Below are positions 51,075-62,349 of a DNA stretch of 64,000 nt, piece after piece. This DNA is from Scyliorhinus canicula (taxonomy: Eukaryota), in NCBI RefSeq assembly GCF_902713615.1, contig NC_052163.1:53120878-53184877 (forward strand), in the 5' to 3' direction. The notes below the pieces were generated by a model. That model saw only the letters and a program-made list of their open reading frames with translations, had not been told where the DNA came from and made no database searches. How positions within the stretch are numbered: position 1 is the first letter of the stretch; the number at the start of each line of letters is the position of its first letter. Position numbers and translations under genes: made by a program.

Positions 51075-51393
51075 GGCGGCATGGTGGCACAGTGGTTAGC
51101 ACTGTTGCTTCACAGCACCAGGGACCTGGGTTCTATTCACGGCATGGGTCACTGTCTGTGTGGAGTCTGCACATTCCCCCCATCTTGGCGTGGGTTTCTT
51201 CCGGGATGCTCCAGTTTCCTCCCACAAATCCTGAAAGCCGTGCTGTTAAGTGATTTGAACATTCTGAATTCTCCCTCAGTGTACCCGACCAGGCACCGGA
51301 ATGTGTCCACTAGGGGATTTTCACAGTAACTTCATTACAGTGTTAATATGTAAGCCTACTTGTGACGCTAATAAAGATAATTATATTATTATT
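51075..51393 (+). mobile_element. V-SINE head with alternative tail (ccggaatgtg...ttttcacagtaacttcatt...aataaagat(TAT)n)
   Basis: HE1-like head and core to about 51230, then the tail shared with the short GGGGCTGG SINE. Confidence 0.87.
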
Positions 51394-52021
51394 ACAGTCA
51401 AGGAATGTTAATGATGGGGAATGGGCAACTCCCTATTGCAGATATCCACTGTCATAATCGAGGACTCATGGGTTAGCTCCTTCTTCTGTCCGTCAATAAT
51501 GTGCCTCAGTTACAGCCTCAGAGGCATACCCCTCCGACACTCGGATGGCAAATTGCCACTTCTCACAAGTTCATCCAGTGGGCATTGATTTTCCTTTATC
51601 CTTCCATTGGACTGTTAATTCAGTGCTAATTGAGAATCAAATTAGAGTGAAGTTTGTGCCATTAGCTGCTAGGAACTGGACCTGACACTGTCCAACCCCA
51701 TTCAATGTAGAATCCTACCAGCCACAATAAAGGTTTTCCAACTATGTTTGGATGTTTCGTCATCTGGTTTCCGCCAAACTCCTCAGTCAAACATTTTTGT
51801 TCCCTCATTATAATTCTTTTATAATTTAACTAACAAGTGTTGAAATACATTTTCACATGAAATAAACTTCAATAATGCCCCTATTTACTAGTCGTCTCTG
51901 GGTTGCATGCAATAAATTGTACTCAGATCAATATGTAATTCCTGGAGAATCCTGGAGGCGTGACAACCCTAACACTAAACTGTTCATCCATTAGCCTTAG
52001 TCAGATTTGAATTGAGATCAT

Positions 52022-52717
52022 GGGCGGCATTCTCCCCTACCCGGCGTGACGGAGGGTCCCAGAGTAGGGGAGTGGCGCCAACCACTCAGGGGTCACGCCT
52101 CCCCAAAGGTGGGGGATTCTCCCCACCTTTGGGGGCCAGTCCCGCGCCGGAGCGGTTGCCACCAGAAGACCGGCGCAAAAAAACGGCCGTACCCGGCAGC
52201 GGGGCTGGCCAAAAGGCTTTCGCCGGTCCGCGCATGCGCCGGCAGTGACGTCAGCGGCAGCTGGCCGCTGACGTCACTGCCGGCGCATGCGCGATGTGGG
52301 GTTCTCTTCCGCTTCCGCCATGGCGGAGGCCGTGGCGGTCGCGGAGGAAAATAGTGCAGCCAGGGCACTGGCCCGCAGTCTGAGCGGGGGGCCCCGATCG
52401 CAGGCCAGGCCACCGTGGGGGCACCCTCCGGGGTTCGATCGCCCCCCGCCCCCCCAGGACCCCGGGGGCCTGCTCGCGACGCTGATCCCGCCGTTCCAGA
52501 GGTGGTTTAAACCTCGGCGGCGGGACAGGCCTCCCAGAGGCGGGACTTCGGCCCATCCGGGCCGGAGAATCACCGCAGGGGCCTCTCCGATCGGAGTGGC
52601 AAGATTCCTGCCCCCGCCACTTCCCGGGTGGCGGAGAATCTCTGCCACGGCGGGGGCGGGATTTTAGGCGGCCCCAGGCGATTCTCCGACCCTGCTGGGG
52701 GTCGGAGAATTTCGCCC
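52022..52717. mobile_element. CpG-rich PIF/Harbinger-type non-autonomous element
   Basis: TIR GGGCGGCATTCTCC / GGAGAATTTCGCCC and 3-bp TSD CAT. Confidence 0.88.
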
Positions 52718-52954
52718 CATATTAGCAAAAGGCCATTGCTAAACACAGTGCCCATTCCAATCCCTGTTGCAAATTATTTTTTTTAATTATTTGCTCAAAG
52801 GGTGATTTTAAAATTGGATACAGCTGAATAGTGGTGGGGTAGAGTTCTTGCAGTTGGTCTTACAAAGCTCACTAAGTGTTTTGCATCGCACTTTACTGAG
52901 ATAAAAAGCTGCAATTTTTAATTTCACTTGTTGCTCTTTTATAACCATAGTGTG

Positions 52955-53690
52955 TGTTTTAACCATATGGTGGACAAATAATCACACAAGTATTTTAGTT
53001 CAATTAGAGTTTATTTACTAGATACAAGGTTATTTACTTAAGTAATCACATGTTCTGCACACCAGGACTATAACTAATGCACTTAAACAACCTTAAGTTG
53101 ACTCCCAGGTGACCGGCAGATGTAGAGTAGATATGGCCTTCTCTGGTTTCTGGCTTCTGGCAGGGCTGGAGCCCTTGTAGGTGGTCCACGTTCGGTTGTC
53201 GCCCTTCGATGAGTGTCGTGGGGCATTGAACTTGGTTGATGTTGGTAGCTGTGCTGCAGTCGGAGATCGATCGAAAGAGAGCGAGAGATGGCCTGCGCAC
53301 TTCTTCTTATCCTCCGAACTTTTGTGCCCTTTTGGGCGGTCCCAGGTGAAAGTCCAATGGATCGATAGGGTCTTGATCATTCTAATCGATCCTGGCCAAT
53401 TAGGGGCGGGCACCTTGATGGCGGGTCCTGGTCGGCCATGGCCGTTAAGTGTCCAAGGATGTAGGCCTCCCCAAATAAGGAAAGCAGGTGTCGCTGAGTC
53501 TGCCAATTATTGTTGGTTTCTATCTGGAGCCCATTGTCCAGGGAAGACCTCGAAATGGCCTTTTGCAGGTGTGAGTTCCTGCATAAAGTCTGGGCTGCAA
53601 CTTGTATATTTGCAAACTGTCCTGTTTGTATTCCAGCTTGACCTAATTTCCAATCACTCTTTCCGGGCGGCCATTTTAGATGGCCACACA
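52955..53690 (-). mobile_element. Probable solo LTR
   Basis: Discrete block of about 735 bp bounded by TG...CA. The minus strand begins TGTGGCCATCTAAAATGGCCGCC and has AATAAA near its 3' end. No clean TSD found. Confidence 0.5.
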
Positions 53691-54123
53691 CTCGGGTACT
53701 ATTTCTGCTTGTGTTGGGAAAAGCATGGGCCGGACTCTCCATTCGAGAGATTATCTGCACCTGCCAGCAGAGAATCGGGACTGTGTCCGGTGGCCCTAGG
53801 AGAGTCGCCGATGTGGAATTCTCAGACCGTTGCTATGCCAAATAGTGCATGCGGTGAACACGCTGGTTTCCCAACACTTACTGAATGGGTGCCCCGATCC
53901 CAACATCCCTGCAAAGCAAATATTGACCCACTAGTCGACAAGGGGAGCAGTCCCCAACCTCTCATCAAGGAGGGGCATCCTTCTCCCCCACACCAAGCAC
54001 GCATGAGAGTCACCCTCCCACCCACGTGGCTCCCATTCAGGACAGTACTGATGGTAAAAGATTGGCCATTTTGATGAGTACGTTGAACTTTTAAATTAAT
54101 GGTATGACCTGCGATTTATAGTA

Positions 54124-54426
54124 TAATAATCTTTATTGTCACAAGTAGGCTTACATTAACACTGCAATGAAGTTACTGTGAAAAGCCCGTCGTCGCCACA
54201 TTCCGGTGCCTGTTCGGGTACACAGAGGGAGAATTCAGAATGTCCAATTCACTTAACATCACATCTTTAGGGACTTGTGGGAGGAAACCGGAGCACCTGG
54301 AGGAAACCCACGCAGACACAGGGAGAACGTGCAGACTCCACACAGATAGTGACCCAGCCGGGAATCGAACCTGGGACCCTGACACTGTGAAGCAACAGTG
54401 CTTACCACTGTGCTACCATGCCGCCC
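54124..54426 (-). mobile_element. V-SINE head with alternative tail
   Basis: Reverse complement of the 51075-51393 type. Confidence 0.88.
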
Positions 54427-55954
54427 AAGTGGGTCTACATAACATGAAGACTCCTCCCATCCCAGTCATAACAGCTGTAAATGGTTTCTGGAGCAACTGT
54501 ATCAGAGTTTGCTACTTTCTAAAGATCTCCGGATTGTACAAGTTGACACAATGAGACAGTTAGCTATTGCAGTGCACAGTCAGACAGTTGAATACCAACA
54601 TATTGGATAGGTAGCATAAATAAAGCATTCTCTCTTTCTACCTTCCCTGAAATGCTGTTGCTTTCCCTGTTGCTGTTGTATCTGACTTAAGTGTGCACTG
54701 CATGATAAGTGCCAGGAGTGTTATTTGCAGATCACATGGCAGGTTACAGTATCCATTCCATTACCTAGCGTTCTGTCCCATCAACAGCTATAGTTGACTT
54801 TGTCAAGATAGCCCTATTTCTCAACACTTCAATTATCAGGAGACCTCGGAGGTCAAGAGCTTTCGTTTGTGTGATCCCGTAATCCTGGAAAACTTCCTAG
54901 CAATTTGTACACTTTGATAATAACAGAGAATGGCTGAAGGAAACCTTCTAATGACTTCATTTGATGATTCAGATTTTGCCACAGGAACATTATGTTCTTT
55001 TGCGTAAAAGCATTTTGTCAAGTCTACATAGACATGACCATCTACTGCTGTCTGGGCGAGTGAATGACAACAAGCAGGGCATGTAATAACACTTAGTATG
55101 AGTCATTTCATGAGTTCACTTTTGTATATATCTATCTTTTTAAAAAAATGATGCCCCATTACAGCAGCTTGCATTCCTTAATCTCCACAAAGTTCCAGGA
55201 TATTTTAGAAAGCTTAAAACATCCTCTGTTATGAAAACATATATTCTGTTACCTTACGAGTTAGGCGATTTAAAAAATTTTTTTTTTACAATGGATTTAA
55301 TTGTTTAAAACAAAACTTTATCTTGCCCACACAATAGTGAAATCCACCTCCAATAAAAGTCTCTTACAGAATGTCACCTTGTGGTTCACAGGCCATACTT
55401 TTTATAGACCAGATGAAGCAAACTTTGTACATTGAACGAGTTTCAGTCCATTTTCAAATGAATGTTCCCATGTATAAAATGCTGATTGTTTGGGATGAAC
55501 AAAATCTGTCCCAAGTGGAGGGTAGACTGAGAAAAATCAGATGGAAAAATAGAAGTTGTACAGCATTCCCAACCTGGGAGCAAATATATCTAAAAAAAAA
55601 AAAAATTCCTGGTATCAGATTTGCATAGTTAAGTAATTTACAGTTGAAAACTTCTGTTTTGATTTGAACTTTTGCGTTGTGCATGGGAGCATTGTTTTGG
55701 TTTCAAATCTGTTATAAATTATTGTAAAATGACAAATCCTTTGCATTTGGGATTTCCAAAGAAAAAAAATCCTCCCAATAATAGAACGAGACTGCCCACT
55801 GCTGTCCCATGTACAGGCCACCTGGAAAACATGTTAGATTATTGTAACAGCATGCAACACACCAAGTTCAAAGTGCTGTGCTTTAACACCAGGCTCTTTG
55901 TCCAAACACTGATCATTACGTAGGATGAAGAAGCTGCCACCACTCACTCTAAAC

Positions 55955-56415
55955 CAGTGGTGGGCAACCTGTGGCCCCGTTCTGTTCTGAGTGCAGCCCA
56001 TATGACATTTTGATGACCAGTGGCCTCGAGCCGGGTTGCCACATTCCACTGATTTGTGTCGTGTAGTTTTTTTTCTACCAGTATAACTGAAGTGTTATGC
56101 ATAAAGCAAGGGCAAGTGAAGTGAGCTACCTGTTGATCGCTCATAACATTGACTGTGAGAGCGTGCACCCCCTCGGCGTCCAAAGCAAAAATGTTTATTT
56201 TGTTTTGACCATTTGAAATTGACGAAAGCTCTATTAACTTATAAATGATGAAACATTTTCTATATCTCGTTGTGAAATGTTCAGCATGTATAATATGTAT
56301 TTAATCTTATTCATGGAGCAATGGTTGGTGAACAAGCTCCATTTCAAACTTGCGCCACTGAAAAGAAAAGAGCCACTCATGCGGCCCACTCACTAGCCTA
56401 GGTTGCCCATCGCTG
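55955..56415. mobile_element. hAT (Charlie-type) MITE
   Basis: TIR CAGTGGTGGGCAACCT ... AGGTTGCCCATCGCTG. 8-bp TSD CTCTAAAC / CTCTAGAC fits the NTCTAGAN target preference. Confidence 0.9.
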
Positions 56416-56431
56416 CTCTAGACCATCATAT

Positions 56432-56728
56432 GAGCGGCAAGGTAGCACAGTGGTTTGTGCTGTTGCTTCACAGCGTCAGGGTCCCAGGCTCGATTCCCAG
56501 CTTAGGTCACTGTCTGTGCAGAATCTGCACATTCTCTCCGTGTCTGCGTGGGTTTCCTCTGGGTGCTTCAGTTTCCTCCCACAAGTCCCGAAAGACAAGC
56601 TGTTAGGTAATTTGGACATTCTGAATTCTCCGCTCGTGTACCCGAACAGGCGCCGGACTGTGGCGTCTCGGTGCTTTTCACAGTAACTTCACAATGTAAG
56701 TCTACTTGTGACCATAAAGATTATTATT
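56432..56728 (+). mobile_element. V-SINE head with alternative tail
   Basis: Same organisation as 51075-51393. Confidence 0.87.
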
Positions 56729-57491
56729 AATCATCCAAGCAAGTGAACAAAGCGTGCATGAGAATTTGACTTCTGACTCATCTGATAATATATCTCAAGT
56801 ATGCTTTTGCTCATTACTGGCTGACTTCTCTAAATAACTCTGTGAGCGTCTTTAGTGAAATAAATTGCCGGTGTTCATTTTCCGAAGAATGCTGCACAGC
56901 TGCAGTCAGGAGATGAAAAGCAGCTTTGAGATCCCAAATATAGGGTAATGCCAACCCAGGAGTCTCCTCAAATTTCTACATACATCTGCTGATGGTGGAG
57001 TTAAAAAGACAATTTTCCAGTTGGGATGTTTACTGGTTGTTCAATTTTTCAGTAATCAACCATGAGTTGTTTCTCAATAACCTGACAGTATTGGGTATAA
57101 ATGTCACCACACATTACTGACATTGAACGACTCAATTCATTGCCTGATGCATGAAGGAGTGAGTTGCGACAATAATTTATTAAATCGGTCCTATTAATAT
57201 TATGAACAGTAAGATTTCTTGCACTGTTTCTAGGTTTCCATTATTTGTTGTGTAATAACTGGAAACAATGAATTACAAAGAAATTCTTCTCACAATTCAC
57301 TTGTGGAGACAATTTAGACTTGGCCTTTCAGTTTTGATAATGCATTTTGCCTTCAATCTCAGTGCAATTAAAAAGCACATTTAAGTATATATTTCACGGT
57401 ATTTCAAATATATAAAACCAAAATACTGCAGATCTGAAATAAAAATAGAAAATGTTGGAAATGGCTCCATGGAGAGAGAAACAGAGTTAAC

Positions 57492-58264
57492 AGGCACAAT
57501 CTACCTGAATGCGAACAGAGTCCCATAATTAGAATGTTTAGCCGGATGTTTCCTGGCACTCGGAGCGCCAGGAAACCCCACGCTTTCGAATGGGACTCTG
57601 TGACCATTTGGGTAGATTCGAAGCCTGAATGGGGAACTCGCCGATGAGGCCGCGACTTAGTCCTGTTTACTGCACTGAGGAACTCCTCAGTGCAGAAGGA
57701 GATTGGCACGCCATTTTTAAATGGTTTCCCGATCTCTTAACCCCCTCAACGTGACCTCCAAAGCCCCAACCACCTATAAGGGGGTCCTCAGGAACCTCCC
57801 ACCCCCCCCCCCCAATGCACCAGCACAGTGAACCCCCGGGCCTCATACCTGTCGCGAGGAAAATGTCAGCTTGCCATCTTGGCGCTGCCAGCCCTGCACT
57901 GCCAAGGTGCCTGGATGTCACCCACAGTGCCAGGGTGCCACCCTACCCAGAGAGGCAAGCACCTGGGGACCTCCGATTTCCACCCCACCCCCGCCCTCCA
58001 CAAATGCCATTCCGTCGGGGTCCCCGTTTGTGGACACCGTCACTGAAAGGTACACACCTGAGATCTCCAAGATGAAAGTGTTAGATTCCAATGCCTTGGT
58101 TAGATCATGGGAGTGCATATTAGAGTGAGACTAGCTGTCTAGCTCTAATATGCAGATTTGTTAAAAAGTGAGCCGCCCACGATGGACGTGAGATCTTTGG
58201 GCATCTACTGGCTATGATGCGCCGTGCTGCCTTTCGGGTACAATGTTGCCACTAGATCGCGTCC
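57492..58264. mobile_element. PIF/Harbinger-type non-autonomous element inserted in a Penelope-like repeat
   Basis: Imperfect TIR AGGCACAATCTA / TAGATCGCGTCC and TSD AAC. Removing it restores gagttaacatttcga. The right part is homologous to 34770-35263. Confidence 0.82.
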
Positions 58265-58500
58265 AACATTTCGATTCTGGGAAGTGTCAAATTGAACTCA
58301 AAACGTTAACTCTGTTTCTCTCTCCACAGATACTGCCAGAACTGCTGAGATTTTTCCAGTTGTTTTCTGTTTTTAATCTCGCGTATATTAGCCATTGTTC
58401 GGATCTTTGAAAATTTAAAGAAAGTGCATGCGTTAGAAGTCAAATTCCTGTCATCTAAGCAACCAAGTCACTTACATCCTGGTTTTCCCTTCATTAACAG

Positions 58501-58676
58501 TTGGCCAAGTTAATTTCCCGAAAGTCCCCGACACATTTTCCTTTGAGGAAGACAGCAGCAATGATGCACTCTCTCCAGAGCAACCCAGAAGTCAGGAATC
58601 CCAGGGATCAGAAAGTTCGCCATCAGAGCCAAAGTTCACAGAGTCGTCGTCACCCCTAGCAACCACTACAATACAG
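58501..58676 (+). CDS. MYOCD: Myocardin-family coding exon, acidic/Ser-rich region after the RPEL domain
   Basis: Acceptor ttttcccttcattaacAG, donor CAG|GTAAAT. 176 nt, phase 1 to 0: (V)GQVNFPKVPDTFSFEEDSSNDALSPEQPRSQESQGSESSPSEPKFTESSSPLATTTIQ. FEEDSSND has the extra residue seen in myocardin (EEDSSSD) versus MRTF (DEDSSD). Confidence 0.93.
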
Positions 58677-59485
58677 GTAAATTGCTAATCCTTTAATTGA
58701 AGAGTTGGTCCAAGATTATTTCTCTGTCGGCAGCAAATCCAGCTGCGAATTGTTGGGTAGCTTGTGTACTATGGCCTATTTAACAAGTTAGTTGTAATGT
58801 ACACTTCGTGCCAGTGCAACGGGGTTTTTGGTTCTCAATGTTGCAAACTGGAGTGTAACTTAAACCTGAAATCTCTCAGACTGAATTTGAGCAAGTAGTG
58901 TATTGTAACTGCAACCACTGTGATGAAAAGTATCAAAGTTCCCAAGTTTCTAACTGACCCAAAATCCCAAGAGCTTTTTAAATTTTGATTCTCTTTGTTT
59001 TGTTGGTATCATTAAAGAATCAATTGTCCCATTAGCTGTCGAATAATATCAAAAGTTAATCAACACGTGGATTGTTATATTACGTGATCGTAATATGTCG
59101 TTACTCTTTGCTTTACTTCCAGAATGGACTGATGGTTAGATTTCAATGAAACTACCAATCTTCAATTTAAAGTAAATTAGATTTAATGAATAACGAATAT
59201 AAATACTAATTAGTTTGTTCACTCTACAGAATTATAACTGATGATATCAGTGGAAGTATTAACTATGTTTAACTACATGTGCCAACTAAGCTATATCTCT
59301 CTAACACTCTGATGTCTAGTCACCCCTGGTTCAAAGATACCCAAGATCCTCTGAGTTCAGTTTATATACCTGAATCTAGTGCTGCCACTCTAGTGATTGT
59401 CTGACACTATAATTCAGTTGTTAACCCTTCATATACCATCAGATATACAGATCACTACATCCATGACCAGAACCTTGCACACACA

Positions 59486-60214
59486 GGGCGCGATTCTCCG
59501 CACTCCCGACGGTGCGGAGAATAGCGTGGCTCGTAAAATTTTACGGCCACGCTGTTCCGACACCCTCCCGCTATTCTCCCCCCCCCCCCACGCCCGACTC
59601 CCGATACGAATCGCTGCCGCCGTTTTTTTACGGCCGGCAGCGATTCTCAGCTGATGGATGGGCCGAGTTCCCAGCCCTTTACGGCTGTTTTTACAAACGG
59701 CAAACACACCTGGTCTGGCCGTTCGTAAAAACGGCCGTAAACTGTCGATTTTTAAAACCATGGCACCGATTGGCACGGCAGTACCACGGCCATGCCAAGG
59801 GTGCCATGGGCCCGTGATCGGTGGGCACCGATCGCGGGCCCGATGCCCGCGCACTCTTTGTCCTTCCGCCGCCCCGCAGTATCCATTCGCGGGGCGGCTG
59901 AGGGGCATCCCGGCCCGCGCATGCGCGGGTTTCGCGCAAATGCGCGATGACGTCATCCGCGCATGCGCGGGTTGGAGTCTTCCAATCCGCGCATGCGCGG
60001 CTGACGTCATATGACACGTCAGCCGGCGCTAACTCTGGCAAGCGGGCTTAACGAAATTCGTTAAGCCCGTGATGCCGGAGTTTACGGCGTCGGGATGCTA
60101 GCCCCGACCGGGGACCAGAATCGGTTCCCGGTCGGGAAGGGGGGGGCTGGCGTCAAACCCGCCCGGATTTGACGCCAGCCTTACGATTTCTCCCCATATG
60201 GGAGAATCGCGCCC
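59486..60214. mobile_element. Young CpG-rich PIF/Harbinger-type non-autonomous element
   Basis: Perfect 14-bp TIR GGGCGCGATTCTCC / GGAGAATCGCGCCC and 3-bp TSD ACA. Confidence 0.9.
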
Positions 60215-62155
60215 ACAGTGCTTCATGAGGGAGTAAATGGAGTTGCTTTGATGCTGAAAATTGTATTCCTTTCACACTTTATCCACTTGACTTAAAGTTA
60301 TTTAAAACACACAGCCAGCTGTGCTGCCCTCCCGAGTGCTCCACATCTGTCCAGGACCATTTCTTAATTAATCTGACATGCAGTGTTGTTGAGGTAAATA
60401 ACAATGGGAAGATGAGTCAGTAATTCTTAGATTGTATAAAACAAAGAGGCATCACACAACAACAATGCTATTTGCTAGCTCAGAAACAAAGCACCTCAAA
60501 AGATTCGAGATCATTTTTTAGCTGTAGGTTTGCTTTTAGTTTTGCCGTTGGATAAGTTTAAAGAAAGTTCATGCATACTTCTTTTGGACAGTTGCATTTG
60601 TAAACCCTGAAGGTGTCAGACAATCCCTTGAAAGGGAAATGTCGCAGGTAGCAAAGCCCACAGCAGGTGCCATGTGAGATTGCGCCCTATAACCACCAGT
60701 TGTGTTCCCAGTCCCAACTCAACCACTTGGAGAGGAGCTGAGCATAATGGAGTGTTACAGTTTATAGAAATTTTATTTCTTTTAATGTGTGCAGCATTGC
60801 TTAGAGATTTATTAGATTGTTTTTAAGAATCATGGGCACCAGATTTCACAATAATAATGTCAAATGAGGGAGAATAAAGGGGTCTCTATTAACTGTACTG
60901 TAAATTCTGTTTGTTTTGTCACTTTATTAAATTTGTTATGTTTTGGTTTTGCACTTGAACAGAAATTCATAAAATTCGGGCATTTTACAGCAAAATCTTA
61001 CAAGCTGGTCATCAGAGAATGTATGTGACTTGTGAGTGAGTAAAATATTGAGGAAAGCGCCCAGAAGGAAAAAACAGTTCGGACCAGTAGTCTTATTTAG
61101 CCATGTTACTGGTGTTCCATTTTAAAATATACAAGTTCAGACCAGTATTCCTCCTTCCCCATTTTACTGTTTTTTCCCTCTTTTCCGTCCCTCCTCACCG
61201 CTCCCCCACACTCCAGCACCCCACTGTGGATTTCCCCCAGGCGGAAGAGGCGAGCTATTGACCACCTGCTGAGTCAGTGGATATTTTTTGTGGTTCGCCA
61301 GCCCTGCCGCCAGGGACTCCATTATAGGGGTGGGTTGACCTCGGCGGGAGACGACATTCCCACCGACAGGAGGGGCTAGAAAATCTCGGCCGCACTTTAA
61401 ACCCGGTGTGTGAGGACATGGCTATGGGTGTTGAGTGATTATTCTCGCCCAACTGTTTTCCAGTGAATCAACAAGAAGCTAGCACAATTCGCGTTGAGTG
61501 AATCCATGATCGCCTCCTACACGCCCACTCCCTTAATGAGAGTTATTTTCCATTCTTTTCTAAATTTAGGATGCTTTTTTCAAACGGGTACTGTCGTGTA
61601 GCAGTTATTATGATGACAGTAAAGTTGAGAGTTCAGATTGCATTGTAACAAGTTGTGGAATTGTATTCAATGATGCTACTCGTGTTTGGCGAGAAACAAA
61701 ACCCATGAAAATTGCCAGAAAAAAAATCACTGGTTCACTGGAAGAGAATGTGCCACCCCAGCCTTATCTGGCCTACATGTGGCTCTAGCTCACACAACAT
61801 GGTCGATTAATAATGCCCTCTGAGGTGGCCACTTAGCTGTCAGGGAAACAAACAATATATAACCTTGCTAATGTCACAGCTGCCACTTTTTTTTTACTGT
61901 AGAGCCATATGTCCACACAGAAATAAACACTTGGTTATCAGATGCTTCTCAAGTTATTCTAACTGCACTGTTGGCAGAACTTCCATTAAGCTACAGCAAA
62001 AGGCAGCACAGGGTGTCACTGTTTTACGTTCATGTTTCTGTGCTGAGGTAAAGTAAATATGATGCTGAGTCGCCAAATCAGTAGAGTCCCAAGACATGCT
62101 CAGAACTAAGCGTTGCTTTGGTCAGGCCACACTAATAGTATTAGGTCACACTATT

Positions 62156-62292
62156 AGCTTTGACAAAGAGTCATCCAGATTCAAAACGTTAGCTCCCTTT
62201 TCTCTCCACAGATGCTGTCAGACCTGCTGAGATTGTCCAGTATTTTCTGTTTTTATTTCGGATTCCAGCATCGGCAGTAATTTGCTTTTATA
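62156..62292 (+). repeat. Penelope-like terminal repeat with a hammerhead-like remnant
   Basis: TTTGACAAA-GAGTC-ATCCA-GATTC-AAAACGTT...cagatgctgtcagacctgctgag...ttccagcatcggcagtaatttgctttta. Confidence 0.65.
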
Positions 62293-62349
62293 TTAGTATC
62301 TAGTTTAGCTTTGATTAGTTAGACATCCATCCATCTCAGGAGAAAATGG

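Noticed and set aside
53181-54074. 297-aa ORF on the + strand
   Set aside because: No recognisable domain or splice structure. It runs antisense through a probable LTR into an adjacent GC-rich repeat and starts at a non-ATG codon.
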